64,000 nucleotides of DNA from Bacteroidota bacterium. Lineage in GTDB: Bacteria > Bacteroidota > Ignavibacteria > UBA10030 > UBA8401. Below, piece by piece: positions 40,419 through 50,845 of this stretch. The stretch covers positions 19,589-83,588 of the forward strand of contig SXSI01000049.1 in the NCBI GenBank assembly GCA_005792285.1. The letters are read 5' to 3'. The translations under genes were made by a program, and so were the position numbers. Position 1 is the stretch's first letter; every line of letters begins with the position of its first letter. The notes under the pieces are model-generated. The model saw only the letters and a list, made by a program, of their open reading frames with translations, ran no database searches and had not been told where the DNA came from.

Positions 40419-41513
40419 ATGTTAAAAATTCTTTTAATAGCAGGAACACGTCCCGAAATTATAAAACTTGCTCCGATATTTATAGCTGCAAAAAATCGTA
40501 AGTATAAAAATAAAATCAAAATTGAGTTTTGTTATACTGGCCAACATAAAAAAATGGCGGAAGATGCATTATCAATATTTGATATTAAACCAGATATAAA
40601 TCTTTCCATAATGAAGGTTGGACAAACAATTGATCATGTTGCTTCGGAAATCTTTAAAAAACTTCCTAAAATATTTAAAAAAGTTAATCCTGATGTTGTG
40701 TTAGTCCAGGGAGATACTACGACTGCTGCTATGTCAGCAATATGTACATTTCAAAATAAAATTCTTGTCGGACATATTGAAGCGGGATTGCGAAGTTTTG
40801 ATATTAATTCTCCATTCCCAGAAGAATTTAATCGGCTTGCAATAAGTAGAATTGCGAAATATAATTTTTGTCCAACGAAAAATTCAAATCAAAATTTAAT
40901 TAGTGAAGGTGTTAATAAAAAATCTTTGTTCATAACAGGTAATACTGTTGTAGATGCACTACGAATAATTTCAAAAAATAATAAGTTAAACAATTTAAAT
41001 AGAATTAATAAAAAAATTAATAAACCATTTATTTTAATAACTGCACATCGAAGAGAAAGTTTTGGTAAAGGATTTAAGAATATTTGTAACGCAATTCGAG
41101 ATTCAGCAATTAAGTATCCAAAATTGCAATTCGTATATCCTGTACATTTGAATCCAAACGTTCAACAGCCTGTAAAAAATATTCTTGGAAAATTAAAAAA
41201 TGTAATTCTTTTAGAGCCGGTAAATTATTTAGAGTTACTCACTTTATTAAAAAATTCACTTTTTGTTTTAACAGATTCCGGTGGTATTCAAGAAGAAGCT
41301 CCTTCATTCAACAAATACTGCATTGTAATGAGGTATGTTACAGAAAGGGTGGAAAGTATTAAACTTGGAAATTCTAAATTAGTTGGCACAAATAAAGATA
41401 AAATTTGCAAAGCAATTGAAAAACAAATTAATAATCCTTCAAATAAAAAATTTATTAGTCCCTTCGGTGATGGATTTGCTGCTGAAAAAATATTGGAAAT
41501 ATTAAGTAGATAA
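40419..41513 (+). CDS. wecB: UDP-N-acetylglucosamine 2-epimerase (non-hydrolysing)
   Basis: GTRPEIIKL, TGQH, VQGDT, HIEAGLRS, PEEFNR, HRRE, TDSGGIQEE. Confidence 0.95.
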   Translation: MLKILLIAGTRPEIIKLAPIFIAAKNRKYKNKIKIEFCYTGQHKKMAEDALSIFDIKPDINLSIMKVGQTIDHVASEIFKKLPKIFKKVNPDVVLVQGDTTTAAMSAICTFQNKILVGHIEAGLRSFDINSPFPEEFNRLAISRIAKYNFCPTKNSNQNLISEGVNKKSLFITGNTVVDALRIISKNNKLNNLNRINKKINKPFILITAHRRESFGKGFKNICNAIRDSAIKYPKLQFVYPVHLNPNVQQPVKNILGKLKNVILLEPVNYLELLTLLKNSLFVLTDSGGIQEEAPSFNKYCIVMRYVTERVESIKLGNSKLVGTNKDKICKAIEKQINNPSNKKFISPFGDGFAAEKILEILSR

Positions 41514-41515
41514 AT

Positions 41516-42910
41516 ATGAATATTACGAATAAGAAATTTTTATTCCTTTTTGATGTTTTTTTGATTTCACTTTTTTGGACATCATATTATTTATTAAGAG
41601 TGAGGTTTGGAATATTTGAACTTCAATCTGAAATAGATTTTGTACTTCCGTTAGTTGCAATATTAATTTATTGGATATTTATTTTCTTTTTATTTGGTCT
41701 TTACAAAGATCAATATGTAAAATCCAGAACGGATGAATTTATCCAAATATTTAAATCCGTAACAATTGGTTCGTTGCTACTTTACATTCTTATTTATGTT
41801 GATGAAGCAATTCCTAATCCAAGTCAAACGAGCAGATCATTAATGTTATTCCATTGGATTTTAATTTTAATAATTGTTTCTGTTGGAAGAATTGGATTGA
41901 TATCGTACTTACGCAGAATGTATTTGAAGGGAAAATATTTACGAAATACTTTAATTGTAGGTTGGGATAAAAAGGGAAAAGAATTGTTTGACAACTTGCA
42001 AACATTTCCTGCGTTAGGATTAAAAGTTATTGGATTTATTTCATCTAATAAACATAGTGGACAACATTCATATAAAAATTTAAAATTAATCGGAAGCATT
42101 GATCAGTTATCTGAAATAATAATTATCAAAAAAGTTTCTGAAATTATTATTGCATTGGAATCAACTGATCATGGTAAGCTTCTAAAAATATTAAATTATT
42201 GTGAACCGAATAAAGTTAATTTTAAAATTATTCCTGATATGTACGATGTAATTAGTGGACAGCTTAGAACAAACCAACTTTATGGATTCCCGTTAATTGA
42301 GATTACGCCAAGACATATGCAACCTTGGGAGGTTGTATTAAAAAGAATAATCGATATTATTTTTTCAATAATAATTCTAGTCATTACATTTCCAGTTTCA
42401 TTAATAATTTCAATTGCAATAAAATTAGAAACAAGAGGTCCAATAATATTTAAACAAGAGCGAGTTGGATTCGAAGGCGAAATATTTATTATGAAAAAAT
42501 TCAGAACTATGATTCACAATGCAGAATGGGAAACAGGTCCGATTTGGTCAACTCTGAACGATCAAAGAATTACAAAAGTTGGATTCTTTTTACGAAAAAC
42601 ACGTCTTGACGAAATTCCTCAACTACTAAATGTTATAAATGGCGATATGAGTTTAGTCGGTCCACGTCCGGAAAGGCCATATTTTGTTGAGAAATTTAAA
42701 AAAGAAATTCGATTTTACGCAAGACGCCTTCAAGTTTTGCCGGGAATTACTGGCTGGGCTCAAATAAAACAGGGTTACGATTCTTCAATTGCTGATGTTA
42801 AAATGAAACTAAAATATGATTTATATTATATTGAAAATATGTCTCTGAGAATCGATTTGAAAATTTTATTCAATACTATTTATACAATGTTATTGGGAAA
42901 AGGGCAATAA
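41516..42910 (+). CDS. Initiating undecaprenyl-phosphate phosphoglycosyl transferase (WcaJ/WbaP-like)
   Basis: N-terminal TMs, CoA-binding-like domain, KRIID, KFRTM, RLDEIPQ, MSLVGPRPE, PGITGWAQ. Confidence 0.92.
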   Translation: MNITNKKFLFLFDVFLISLFWTSYYLLRVRFGIFELQSEIDFVLPLVAILIYWIFIFFLFGLYKDQYVKSRTDEFIQIFKSVTIGSLLLYILIYVDEAIPNPSQTSRSLMLFHWILILIIVSVGRIGLISYLRRMYLKGKYLRNTLIVGWDKKGKELFDNLQTFPALGLKVIGFISSNKHSGQHSYKNLKLIGSIDQLSEIIIIKKVSEIIIALESTDHGKLLKILNYCEPNKVNFKIIPDMYDVISGQLRTNQLYGFPLIEITPRHMQPWEVVLKRIIDIIFSIIILVITFPVSLIISIAIKLETRGPIIFKQERVGFEGEIFIMKKFRTMIHNAEWETGPIWSTLNDQRITKVGFFLRKTRLDEIPQLLNVINGDMSLVGPRPERPYFVEKFKKEIRFYARRLQVLPGITGWAQIKQGYDSSIADVKMKLKYDLYYIENMSLRIDLKILFNTIYTMLLGKGQ

Positions 42911-42913
42911 TTT

Positions 42914-43642
42914 ATGGCTGAAAATATTAAAAGTACACTTGTAATAATTCCGACTTATAACGAAGCTGAAAATATTAAACAATTAATTTCAGAAATATTA
43001 TCAAAAGGAAAAGGAATCGAAGTATTAGTTGTCGATGATAATTCAATTGACGGAACTGCAAAAATAATTTGGACTCTACAAAAGAAAAATAAAAAAATTC
43101 ATTTAATCGAGCGGGAAAGTAAGCAAGGACTTGGTACTGCATACATTGCAGGATTTAAATATGCATTGACTCATAACTTCGATTATATCTTTGAAATGGA
43201 TGCCGATTTTTCTCATAATCCGATTGAACTCCCAAATTTTTTATATGAAATTCAAAAATATGATTTAGTTTTAGGTTCACGATATATAAATGGAGTTAGT
43301 GTTGTTCACTGGCCAATTAGAAGATTGCTTTTAAGTTATTTCGCAAATAAATATAGTCGTGTAATCACCGGTCTTCCATTAAAAGATGCAACGGGAGGAT
43401 TTAAATGTTTTAGAAGAATTGTTTTAGAAAATATAAATCTCGATAAAGTTAAATCAAATGGTTATTCATTTCAAATTGAAATGAGTTTCAAAGCGTGGAA
43501 AAAAGGATTTAATCTTAAAGAAATTCCAATAACATTTGTTGATCGGCGTAAAGGACTTTCAAAAATGAATAAAAAAATTGTTTACGAAGCCGTTTTCATG
43601 GTTTGGAAATTACGCATTCGTTCGTTTCTAAATAGATTGTAA
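42914..43642 (+). CDS. Polyprenol-monophosphomannose synthase (Ppm1/DPM1-like GT2)
   Basis: IPTYNE, VDDNS.DGT, GLGTAY, EMDADFSH, DATGGFK, GYSFQIE. Confidence 0.9.
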   Translation: MAENIKSTLVIIPTYNEAENIKQLISEILSKGKGIEVLVVDDNSIDGTAKIIWTLQKKNKKIHLIERESKQGLGTAYIAGFKYALTHNFDYIFEMDADFSHNPIELPNFLYEIQKYDLVLGSRYINGVSVVHWPIRRLLLSYFANKYSRVITGLPLKDATGGFKCFRRIVLENINLDKVKSNGYSFQIEMSFKAWKKGFNLKEIPITFVDRRKGLSKMNKKIVYEAVFMVWKLRIRSFLNRL

Positions 43643-43653
43643 TTTTCTTTCAA

Positions 43654-45651
43654 ATGGATCTTTCAATAATAATCGTTAATTATAACGTTCGAGATTTTTT
43701 AAGACAATCGTTAGAATCACTTCAAAAATCAGTTCAACATTTACAAAGTGAAATAATTGTAGTTGATAATGCCTCTGACGATGGCAGTATTGAAATGCTC
43801 CGTTCGGAATTCGAAACCGTAAAAATTATTACTAACCAAACCAATATTGGTTTTGGAAAAGCAAATAATCAAGCAATGCAAATTGCAAAAGGGAAATATT
43901 TTTTACTTATAAATCCGGACACTTTAGTTCAAGAAGATACAATTAGTATACTTCATAATTATTTAGAAAATAATAAACAAGTTGGATTTGTTGGTTGCAA
44001 AATTTTAAATGCCGATGGAACTTTGCAGCTTCCTTGCCGAAGAAGTATCCCAACTCCGTGGGTTGCTTTCTCTAAAATCGTTGGTTTAAGTAGGTTATTT
44101 CCTAAATCTAAATTATTTGCTAAATATAATTTAACATATTTAGATGAAAATGAAATTACTGAAGTTGATGCATTAAGTGGTTCATTTATGATGCTTCCTC
44201 GAGAAATTTTTGAAACCGTCGGTGGTTTTGATGAACAATATTTTATGTACGGCGAAGATTTAGATTTGTGTTATCGAGCAAAAAATAATGGATGGAAAGT
44301 TATTTACAATCCTTCAACTCAAATAATACATTACAAAGGTGAAAGTACAAAACGAAGTTCAATTGATGAATTGAATCATTTTTATACTGCAATGAAAATA
44401 TTTTACAGAAAACATTTGCATTCAAGTTTAATATTCAATTTGATTATTGAGTCCAGTATTTCTTCTCGTTATTTATTTGCATCATTGAAAAATATTCTTC
44501 GTAATTATTTAGCCCCACTTATTGATTTTATTTTTACGCTACTTTCATTTTTTATTGCAGAGTATTTACGAAAAGAAAAAATACTTTCATTCCCGGAATA
44601 TGCATATCCTTGGGTTTATATTATTCCATCATTAATAATTTTATTATCACTTTATCTTTCTAAAGTATATACATTATTTAAATTATCAATCTCAAGAACA
44701 ATACTCGGAGTAAGTTTAGGATTGTTATTGATTGCAACTGTAACTGCATTTGTAAAAGATTTTGCATTTAGTCGCGCTATATTAATTTATTTTTATTTAT
44801 TCACGTTATTATTTTTATCAAGTTGGAGATTTATTTTATGGTATTTTGGATTTCCTTCAAAAACAAAACCAAAAACACTTTTTAGCAGAAGAGGAATTAT
44901 TGTTGGCGTTTCAGAAGTAAGCGTGAAGGTACTTTCCAAATTACGATTACAAATTTATGAAGGTTATGATATAATAGGTTTTATCGATACCACACATTTG
45001 AGAATTGGAGAAAAAATTAATGGAATTCCTATTTTGGGAAGTGTTGAATCTATTGTAAAAATTGTAAACGATTATAAAATTACAGATATAATATTTTCAT
45101 CAAGCGATTTAAAAAATGAAACCATTCTTTCTATTGTCGCGAGAACAAAAAGAAATTATTTAGCTTACTCGGTTGTTCCGAGTTCAATTGAAATGATGAT
45201 AAGTAAATCTGGTATTAATTATTTTGGAGATATTCCTTTTATAGCGATTGAAAATAATTCAAATAAATTAATTTACAAATCAGTTAAACGATTATTCGAT
45301 CTGTTTATTGGAATTCTTTTGATTATTGTTACCCCTTTTGTATATTTATTTTCTAAAAAGAATAATAAAAAAATAATTATGAATTCAGCTTTATCACTTT
45401 TGAAAGGGGAAATATCAGCAGTTGGTAGAAATATTAATTCTAAAAATGAAAATGCTAATTCAATTGGAAAAATCGGATTAACAAGTATTACTCAATTACT
45501 CAACACAGAAAATTTCTCACAAAAAGAAAAAGAGGAATTAGATTTATATTATTCCAGCAATCAATCATTATTTCTTGATTTAGAAGTATTCTTCACTGCA
45601 CTATTTCAAGGAAAAATATTTAATTCAATGAGTGAAATATGGCAAAAGTAA
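43654..45651 (+). CDS. GT2 glycosyltransferase fused to a membrane/CoA-binding/degenerate phosphoglycosyl transferase module
   Basis: N-terminal GT2 ([17 protein letters not shown]); C-terminal KRLFD..GEISAVG..GLT..DLYY..DL remnant lacking DExPQ. Confidence 0.8.
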   Translation: MDLSIIIVNYNVRDFLRQSLESLQKSVQHLQSEIIVVDNASDDGSIEMLRSEFETVKIITNQTNIGFGKANNQAMQIAKGKYFLLINPDTLVQEDTISILHNYLENNKQVGFVGCKILNADGTLQLPCRRSIPTPWVAFSKIVGLSRLFPKSKLFAKYNLTYLDENEITEVDALSGSFMMLPREIFETVGGFDEQYFMYGEDLDLCYRAKNNGWKVIYNPSTQIIHYKGESTKRSSIDELNHFYTAMKIFYRKHLHSSLIFNLIIESSISSRYLFASLKNILRNYLAPLIDFIFTLLSFFIAEYLRKEKILSFPEYAYPWVYIIPSLIILLSLYLSKVYTLFKLSISRTILGVSLGLLLIATVTAFVKDFAFSRAILIYFYLFTLLFLSSWRFILWYFGFPSKTKPKTLFSRRGIIVGVSEVSVKVLSKLRLQIYEGYDIIGFIDTTHLRIGEKINGIPILGSVESIVKIVNDYKITDIIFSSSDLKNETILSIVARTKRNYLAYSVVPSSIEMMISKSGINYFGDIPFIAIENNSNKLIYKSVKRLFDLFIGILLIIVTPFVYLFSKKNNKKIIMNSALSLLKGEISAVGRNINSKNENANSIGKIGLTSITQLLNTENFSQKEKEELDLYYSSNQSLFLDLEVFFTALFQGKIFNSMSEIWQK

Positions 45652-46589
45652 TTTTAGAATTTGAGAAGCCAATTGTTGAATTGGAAAATAAAATTGAAGA
45701 GATGAAAAAACTAAGTGGCAATTTCGATATTAGTAATGAAGTTGTTAAATTAGAAAAGAAAGTCAATGAATTACGAATGACAGTATTTACAAATTTAACA
45801 CGATGGCAGAAAGTTCAATTAGCCCGACATCCAGATCGGCCATATACTTTGGATTATATTTCATTAATGTGCGAAGATTTTATTGAGCTTCACGGAGATC
45901 GAAATTTTGGTGACGATAAAGCAATTATCGGTGGATTCGCAAAATTAGGCGAACATTCTGTTTTGTTAATCGGTCAACAAAAGGGAAGAGATACGAAATC
46001 AAATATTTTCAGGAATTTTGGAATGCCTCATCCCGAAGGTTACAGAAAAGCTCTACGATTAATGAAACTTGCGGTAAAATTTAACAAACCAATTATAACA
46101 TTGATTGACACTCCGGGCGCTTCTCCGGGAATTGAAGCTGAAGAACGTGGACAAGCTGAAGCGATTGCACGTAATATTTTTGAAATGTCTGGATTTCCGG
46201 TTCCAATAATTGTTGTAATAATTGGTGAAGGAGCATCTGGTGGCGCGTTTGGACTTGGTGTTGGTGATAGAATTTTAATGTTGGAAAATACTTGGTATTC
46301 TGTAATTGCTCCAGAATCTTGCTCAAGTATTTTATGGCGAAGTTGGGATTATAAAGAACAAGCAGCCGAGGCTCTAAAATTAACTGCTCCCGATTTATTA
46401 GAACAAAAAATAATTGACCGGATTGTTCCGGAACCTTTAGGTGGAGCTCATCGTGATCATCAAAAAATTGCAACTATTCTAAAAGCAATATTAATTGATG
46501 AATTAAAAATGTTGAAAAAAATAAAACCTGAAAAATTAATTGAACAGAGAATAAAAAAATTCGGAAATATGGGAGAATGGGAAAATTAA
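45639..46589 (+). CDS. accA: Acetyl-CoA carboxylase carboxyltransferase alpha
   Basis: [40 protein letters not shown]. Confidence 0.96.
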   Translation: MAKVILEFEKPIVELENKIEEMKKLSGNFDISNEVVKLEKKVNELRMTVFTNLTRWQKVQLARHPDRPYTLDYISLMCEDFIELHGDRNFGDDKAIIGGFAKLGEHSVLLIGQQKGRDTKSNIFRNFGMPHPEGYRKALRLMKLAVKFNKPIITLIDTPGASPGIEAEERGQAEAIARNIFEMSGFPVPIIVVIIGEGASGGAFGLGVGDRILMLENTWYSVIAPESCSSILWRSWDYKEQAAEALKLTAPDLLEQKIIDRIVPEPLGGAHRDHQKIATILKAILIDELKMLKKIKPEKLIEQRIKKFGNMGEWEN

Positions 46590-46592
46590 TAA

Positions 46593-46778
46593 ATGGTTAA
46601 TAAAGAATTACTAAATATACTTTGCTGTCCAGTTTGTAAAGGAGAACTCAAATTAATTCTTCAAAATAAAGTTTTACAATGCTCTAAATGTGAAGAAAAA
46701 TATTCCATTGTAGATGATATTCCAATAATGTTGCCAGGGGAATATAGCCGTACTGAAAAAGTACAAACCTCGAAATAA
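46593..46778 (+). CDS. Trm112/YcaR-family small Zn-binding protein
   Basis: LLNILCCPVCKGEL...CSKC..Y.IVDDIPIML. Confidence 0.88.
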   Translation: MVNKELLNILCCPVCKGELKLILQNKVLQCSKCEEKYSIVDDIPIMLPGEYSRTEKVQTSK

Positions 46779-46782
46779 ATTA

Positions 46783-47634
46783 ATGCAATTAGAAAATAAT
46801 AATATCCGAAGGATTGTTGAACAAGCACTCCGTGAAGATATTGGATTAGGTGATATAACTTCGGAAGCTACAATTCCTGAAGATAAATCGAGCAGAGCTT
46901 CAATTGCTGTAAAAGAAAATTGTATAATTTCAGGAATAGATATTTCTCAACTTGTTTATTCAATTATTGATCCTGATTTATCATTCAGAAAAAAAGTTGA
47001 AAATGGAAGTATGATTTCAAAAAACAGTGAAATTGTTTTTTTAGAAGGTAAAACTAAAAATATTTTACTTGGTGAAAGAGTTGCATTAAATTTTTTACAA
47101 AGATTGTCCGGAGTTGCAACACTCACACATAAATTTGTTCACGCAGTTTCAAATACAAAAGCAAAAATTACAGATACACGAAAAACTACTCCGGGATTAA
47201 GATTTTTAGAGAAAGCTGCAGTAGTTGATGGCGGCGGTGTGAATCATCGTTTTGGCTTGGATAATATGATTTTAATAAAAGACAATCACATAACTGCAAT
47301 TGGTGGAGTTAAAAATGCAATTAATGAAATCAGTAAATCCCTTCACCAAAAAAAAATAAATGTTCCTATCGAAATTGAAGTTGAATCACTTGAACAATTG
47401 GAAGAAGTTATGTTGATTGGAAATGTAAACAGAATAATGTTGGACAATTTTTCGATTGACGATATGCGAACTGCAGTTTTAATGATAACAGGGAAATATG
47501 AAGTTGAAGCTTCCGGTGGAATTAATCTTGAAAATGTTCGTGAAATTGCAGAAACTGGAGTTGATTTTATTTCAGTTGGTGCGCTGACGCATTCTTTTAA
47601 TTCAATTGATATCTCTTTGGAAGTCCTCACATAA
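46783..47634 (+). CDS. nadC: Quinolinate phosphoribosyltransferase
   Basis: EDIG.GDIT, ERVALN, DTRKTTPG, HRFGL, KDNH, EASGGI, ISVGALTH. Confidence 0.96.
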   Translation: MQLENNNIRRIVEQALREDIGLGDITSEATIPEDKSSRASIAVKENCIISGIDISQLVYSIIDPDLSFRKKVENGSMISKNSEIVFLEGKTKNILLGERVALNFLQRLSGVATLTHKFVHAVSNTKAKITDTRKTTPGLRFLEKAAVVDGGGVNHRFGLDNMILIKDNHITAIGGVKNAINEISKSLHQKKINVPIEIEVESLEQLEEVMLIGNVNRIMLDNFSIDDMRTAVLMITGKYEVEASGGINLENVREIAETGVDFISVGALTHSFNSIDISLEVLT

Positions 47635-49088
47635 TGTTTGATAAAATAAAACGACTTTTTACTGAAACTGCAATTTATGGTTTCAGTACAATTATTGCGC
47701 GACTTCTAAATTTTTTACTCGTCCCATTCTATACAAATATTTTAGTTCCGCAAGAATACGGAATCGTTGCTTATATTTTTTCTCTAATTGCAATTTGTGG
47801 AATGCTTTATGGATTTGGTCTTGAAGCAGCATATTTTAAATTTGCTTCAAATAGTGATGAAAAAAATGCAAAGCAAACTTTCAGTACTGCATATATTTCA
47901 ATAATTGTAACTTCAACACTTTTATCTTTAATTATTATTTTTAGTGGAAAATCGATCCTTCAACTTATTTCTTTAGATGAAATATATTTACAAAGTATTT
48001 ATTCTGCAGCAGTTACACTCGCATTTGATTCATTTGCGATAATTCCATTTGCGGCTTTAAGATTACAACATAGAGCAAAATATTTTGCAATTGTTAAAAT
48101 ATTAAATATTGTAATTACAATTCTTTCAAATATATATTTTCTATTAATTATAAATTATGGCGTAAACGGAATTTTATTAAGTAGCGCAATTGCATCTGTT
48201 TCAACTGTAATATTATTATTGCCAGTTATAATTAAGGAACTTAAATTTAAACTTGACTCTAAACTTATTGAGCAACTTTGGAAATATGGACTTCCACTAA
48301 TCCCCGCAGGAATTGCAACTGTATCGCTACAAATAATTGATAGACCAATTCTAAAATTTCTAACGGACGATGCTACTGTAGGAATTTATCAAGCAAATTA
48401 TAGATTGGGAATATTTATGATGTTAGTTGTACAAATGTTTGATTTCGCGTGGAGACCATTTTATTTTTCTGTGTCAAAAGATGATAATGCAAAAAAAATA
48501 ATTTCACGAGTTATGATTTATTTATTAACAGGTTTGGTGATGGTATTTCTGATTATTACATTTTTTATAACTGATATTGTCTCTGTTAACATTCTTGGAA
48601 AAACTTTAATCCACCAAAATTATTGGAGCGGATTACCAATTGTCCCAATTATACTTTTAAGTTATCTTATTTTTGGAATGTCAAATATATTTTCTGCAGG
48701 ATTATATATTGAGAAGAAAACCCATTTGGTTCCGATTGGCTCATTTATAGCGGCTGGAATTAAAATTGTTCTAACAATTATTTTAGTCCCAAAATTTGGA
48801 ATAATGGGGGCCGCACTTGCAACCTTAATTGCATACAGTACACTTGCAATTGCAATGTTTTATTTGGCTCAAAAAGTTTATCCAATTAAATACGAATGGT
48901 TAAGAATTTATAAATTAATATTTGTTGCTTTAGTTATTTTTCTGTTGAATATATTTTTTGGGCAATATGCTTCAAATCAAATAATATTGAAAATAATATT
49001 AATCCTTCTCTTTATACCATTGATGTTTTTAGTTAGGTTTTTTGACGAACAGGAAAAAAATAAGTTAAAAAAAATATTTGTTGTATAG
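47634..49088 (+). CDS. Oligosaccharide flippase (MATE-like/Wzx family)
   Basis: ETAIYG.STI..RLLNFLLVPFYT, YGLPL, IDR, GIYQANY, AWRP. Confidence 0.85.
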   Translation: MFDKIKRLFTETAIYGFSTIIARLLNFLLVPFYTNILVPQEYGIVAYIFSLIAICGMLYGFGLEAAYFKFASNSDEKNAKQTFSTAYISIIVTSTLLSLIIIFSGKSILQLISLDEIYLQSIYSAAVTLAFDSFAIIPFAALRLQHRAKYFAIVKILNIVITILSNIYFLLIINYGVNGILLSSAIASVSTVILLLPVIIKELKFKLDSKLIEQLWKYGLPLIPAGIATVSLQIIDRPILKFLTDDATVGIYQANYRLGIFMMLVVQMFDFAWRPFYFSVSKDDNAKKIISRVMIYLLTGLVMVFLIITFFITDIVSVNILGKTLIHQNYWSGLPIVPIILLSYLIFGMSNIFSAGLYIEKKTHLVPIGSFIAAGIKIVLTIILVPKFGIMGAALATLIAYSTLAIAMFYLAQKVYPIKYEWLRIYKLIFVALVIFLLNIFFGQYASNQIILKIILILLFIPLMFLVRFFDEQEKNKLKKIFVV

Positions 49089-49133
49089 TCCTAAAAAATA
49101 TTCTATGTTTAACCAAAGTTCTTTTTCATAATC

Positions 49134-49276
49134 GATGTTTGGTGTTTAAGTGCGAAAGCCTTGAGCTAAAAGGGAATTCCGTAGAAACGGAAGCTGACCC
49201 GCAACAGTAAATGAAATTTATTTCATTAGCCTGAAAACCTGCCAACATCTTTTGCATAAACCTTCGAGGAAAGAGG
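49134..49276 (+). ncRNA. Cobalamin riboswitch 1 (short form, apparently lacking the P8-P12 extension)
   Basis: GATGTTTGG/CCAACATC closing stem, AAAAGGGAA, TTCCGT-AGAA-ACGGAA, CTGACCCGCAACAGTAA, B12-box AGCCTGAAAACCTGCC, P13 CCTTCGAGGAAAGAGG. Candidate promoter TTGTAT-17-TATGTT at 49081-49109. Confidence 0.9.
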
Positions 49277-49286
49277 AATTATGTTT

Positions 49287-49326
49287 AACCCAATCATAAT
49301 TTATTTTCCGATTGGGTTTTTTATTT
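49287..49326 (+). terminator. Riboswitch 1 intrinsic terminator
   Basis: AACCCAATC...GATTGGGTT followed by TTTTATTT. Confidence 0.85.
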
Positions 49327-49350
49327 AATACAAATTGAAAGGATATAAAA

Positions 49351-49875
49351 ATGAAAAAAAGTGAAGTTAAAATTCCAAATTATATTATAATTGGATTGAT
49401 ATTGGTTGCAGCTTTATCAAGACTGCTTCCTCATCAACCAAATTTTACTCCAATTGGTGCAATTGCAATTTTTGCTGGAGTATTTTTACGTGGTAAATAT
49501 ATTTTTGTTTTGCCAACCCTGGCATTATTAATTAGCGACTATATTCTTGGATTTTATAATGGAATGATTTGGGTTTATAGTAGTTTTATTTCAGTTGGAT
49601 TAATTGGTATTTGGATTAGAAATAAATACAACTTTGCAAGAGTCTCAGTCGGAACAATTTCAAGTTCAATTTTATTTTTTGTTGTAACAAACTTTGGTGT
49701 TTGGCTCAATGGAAGTATTTATCCACAAAATTTACAGGGATTAGTCAGCTGTTATGTTGCTGCAATTCCATTTTTTAGAAATAGTATCTCGGGTGATATT
49801 GTTTATGTAACTGTTTTATTTGGTTCATACGAACTAATCCGCAGAAAATATTTTGTTAAACTAGCTTCAGATTGA
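49351..49875 (+). CDS. DUF6580-family small membrane protein, putative cobalamin transporter (S-component-like)
   Basis: SRLLPHQPNFTPIGA, LISD, FFVVTNFGVW, YP..L.GL..CY.AAIPFF; about 5-6 TMs; behind a B12 riboswitch. Confidence 0.8.
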   Translation: MKKSEVKIPNYIIIGLILVAALSRLLPHQPNFTPIGAIAIFAGVFLRGKYIFVLPTLALLISDYILGFYNGMIWVYSSFISVGLIGIWIRNKYNFARVSVGTISSSILFFVVTNFGVWLNGSIYPQNLQGLVSCYVAAIPFFRNSISGDIVYVTVLFGSYELIRRKYFVKLASD

Positions 49876-49894
49876 ATTTAAATTAATTTAAAAT

Positions 49895-50035
49895 AATTGG
49901 TTTTCAATTCTTAACCGAAGTGAATGAAAATGTGAATTCCGTTAAAGCGAAAGCTGACCCGCAACAGTAAGTGAAGATCGCTTCACAAGCCTGGAGACTT
50001 GCCAAATGTTTATAACTTAACCTCATGGAATGAGG
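49895..50035 (+). ncRNA. Cobalamin riboswitch 2 (degenerate)
   Basis: Shares a 20-nt identical core AAGCTGACCCGCAACAGTAA with riboswitch 1; B12-box AGCCTGGAGACTTGCC; has AATGTGAA in place of AAGGGAA and a C-A mismatch in P4. Confidence 0.8.
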
Positions 50036-50047
50036 TGAATAATTTTC

Positions 50048-50080
50048 AAACCCAATCCTCACAGGTTGGGTTTTTTATTT
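50048..50080 (+). terminator. Riboswitch 2 intrinsic terminator
   Basis: AAACCCAATC-ctcaca-GGTTGGGTTT then TTTATTT; same arms as terminator 1. Confidence 0.8.
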
Positions 50081-50833
50081 ATGACTAAAATATTATTTAT
50101 CATTTTGAATTTGGGAAATGAAAATGATAATAATTTACGAATCAGAGCTACAATTGGTAAATCATTTCGCGAACCAATAATGAACGAGTTATATTGGACC
50201 CCCGGTGGAAATATAAATCTTAAACCTGAAGAATCTGTAAATATTGATTTTGGAATTTTATATTCAAACATTTCAAATACTGCTGAACTTGAATTAAATA
50301 TTTATTTAATTGATATTAAAGATAGAATAATTTGGTTGCCAACGAATAATGGTAATTGGTCATCATCAAATAATCATAATGTATCTTCACAGGGTATTGA
50401 GTTTCTCTCTTCACTTAGTTTAATAAAAAGTAGTTTGAAGATAAATTATAAATATTCTCTTTCACAAGTTTTAAAGAAGAATAAAACATTTGAAGATGAT
50501 ATTACTTTTAATTAACAACTCCCATATATCCCACAAGAAATTTCAACTTTAGGTGTAAATTATACTTTAGGATTTCTTTCGTTCAATATATTTCAACAAA
50601 TAACTTGATTTAGATTTACTACTGTAGATAACAATCCAAAATATATTCTTCCCTCATTTAAAAAAACAGATTTAAATATTTTGTGTAAATATTATTCTGA
50701 TAATTATATCATAACAGGAAAGTTTGAGATTGATAATTTATTTAATGAAAATTATCAAATAGCAGATCAATTTCCAGTGCCACTTCAAAATTATTTTTTA
50801 ATAATACAATTACAAACAAATCAAATTAAATAA
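50081..50833 (+). pseudogene. btuB: TonB-dependent B12 receptor (BtuB-like) remnant
   Basis: FREP..NELYW.PGGN.NLKPE, IIWLP, SQGIE, QLPYIP, IDNLFNENYQ...FPVP; in-frame TAA 50513-50515 and TGA 50606-50608; plug and most of the barrel missing. Confidence 0.8.
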
Positions 50834-50845
50834 AAGGCGAAACAA

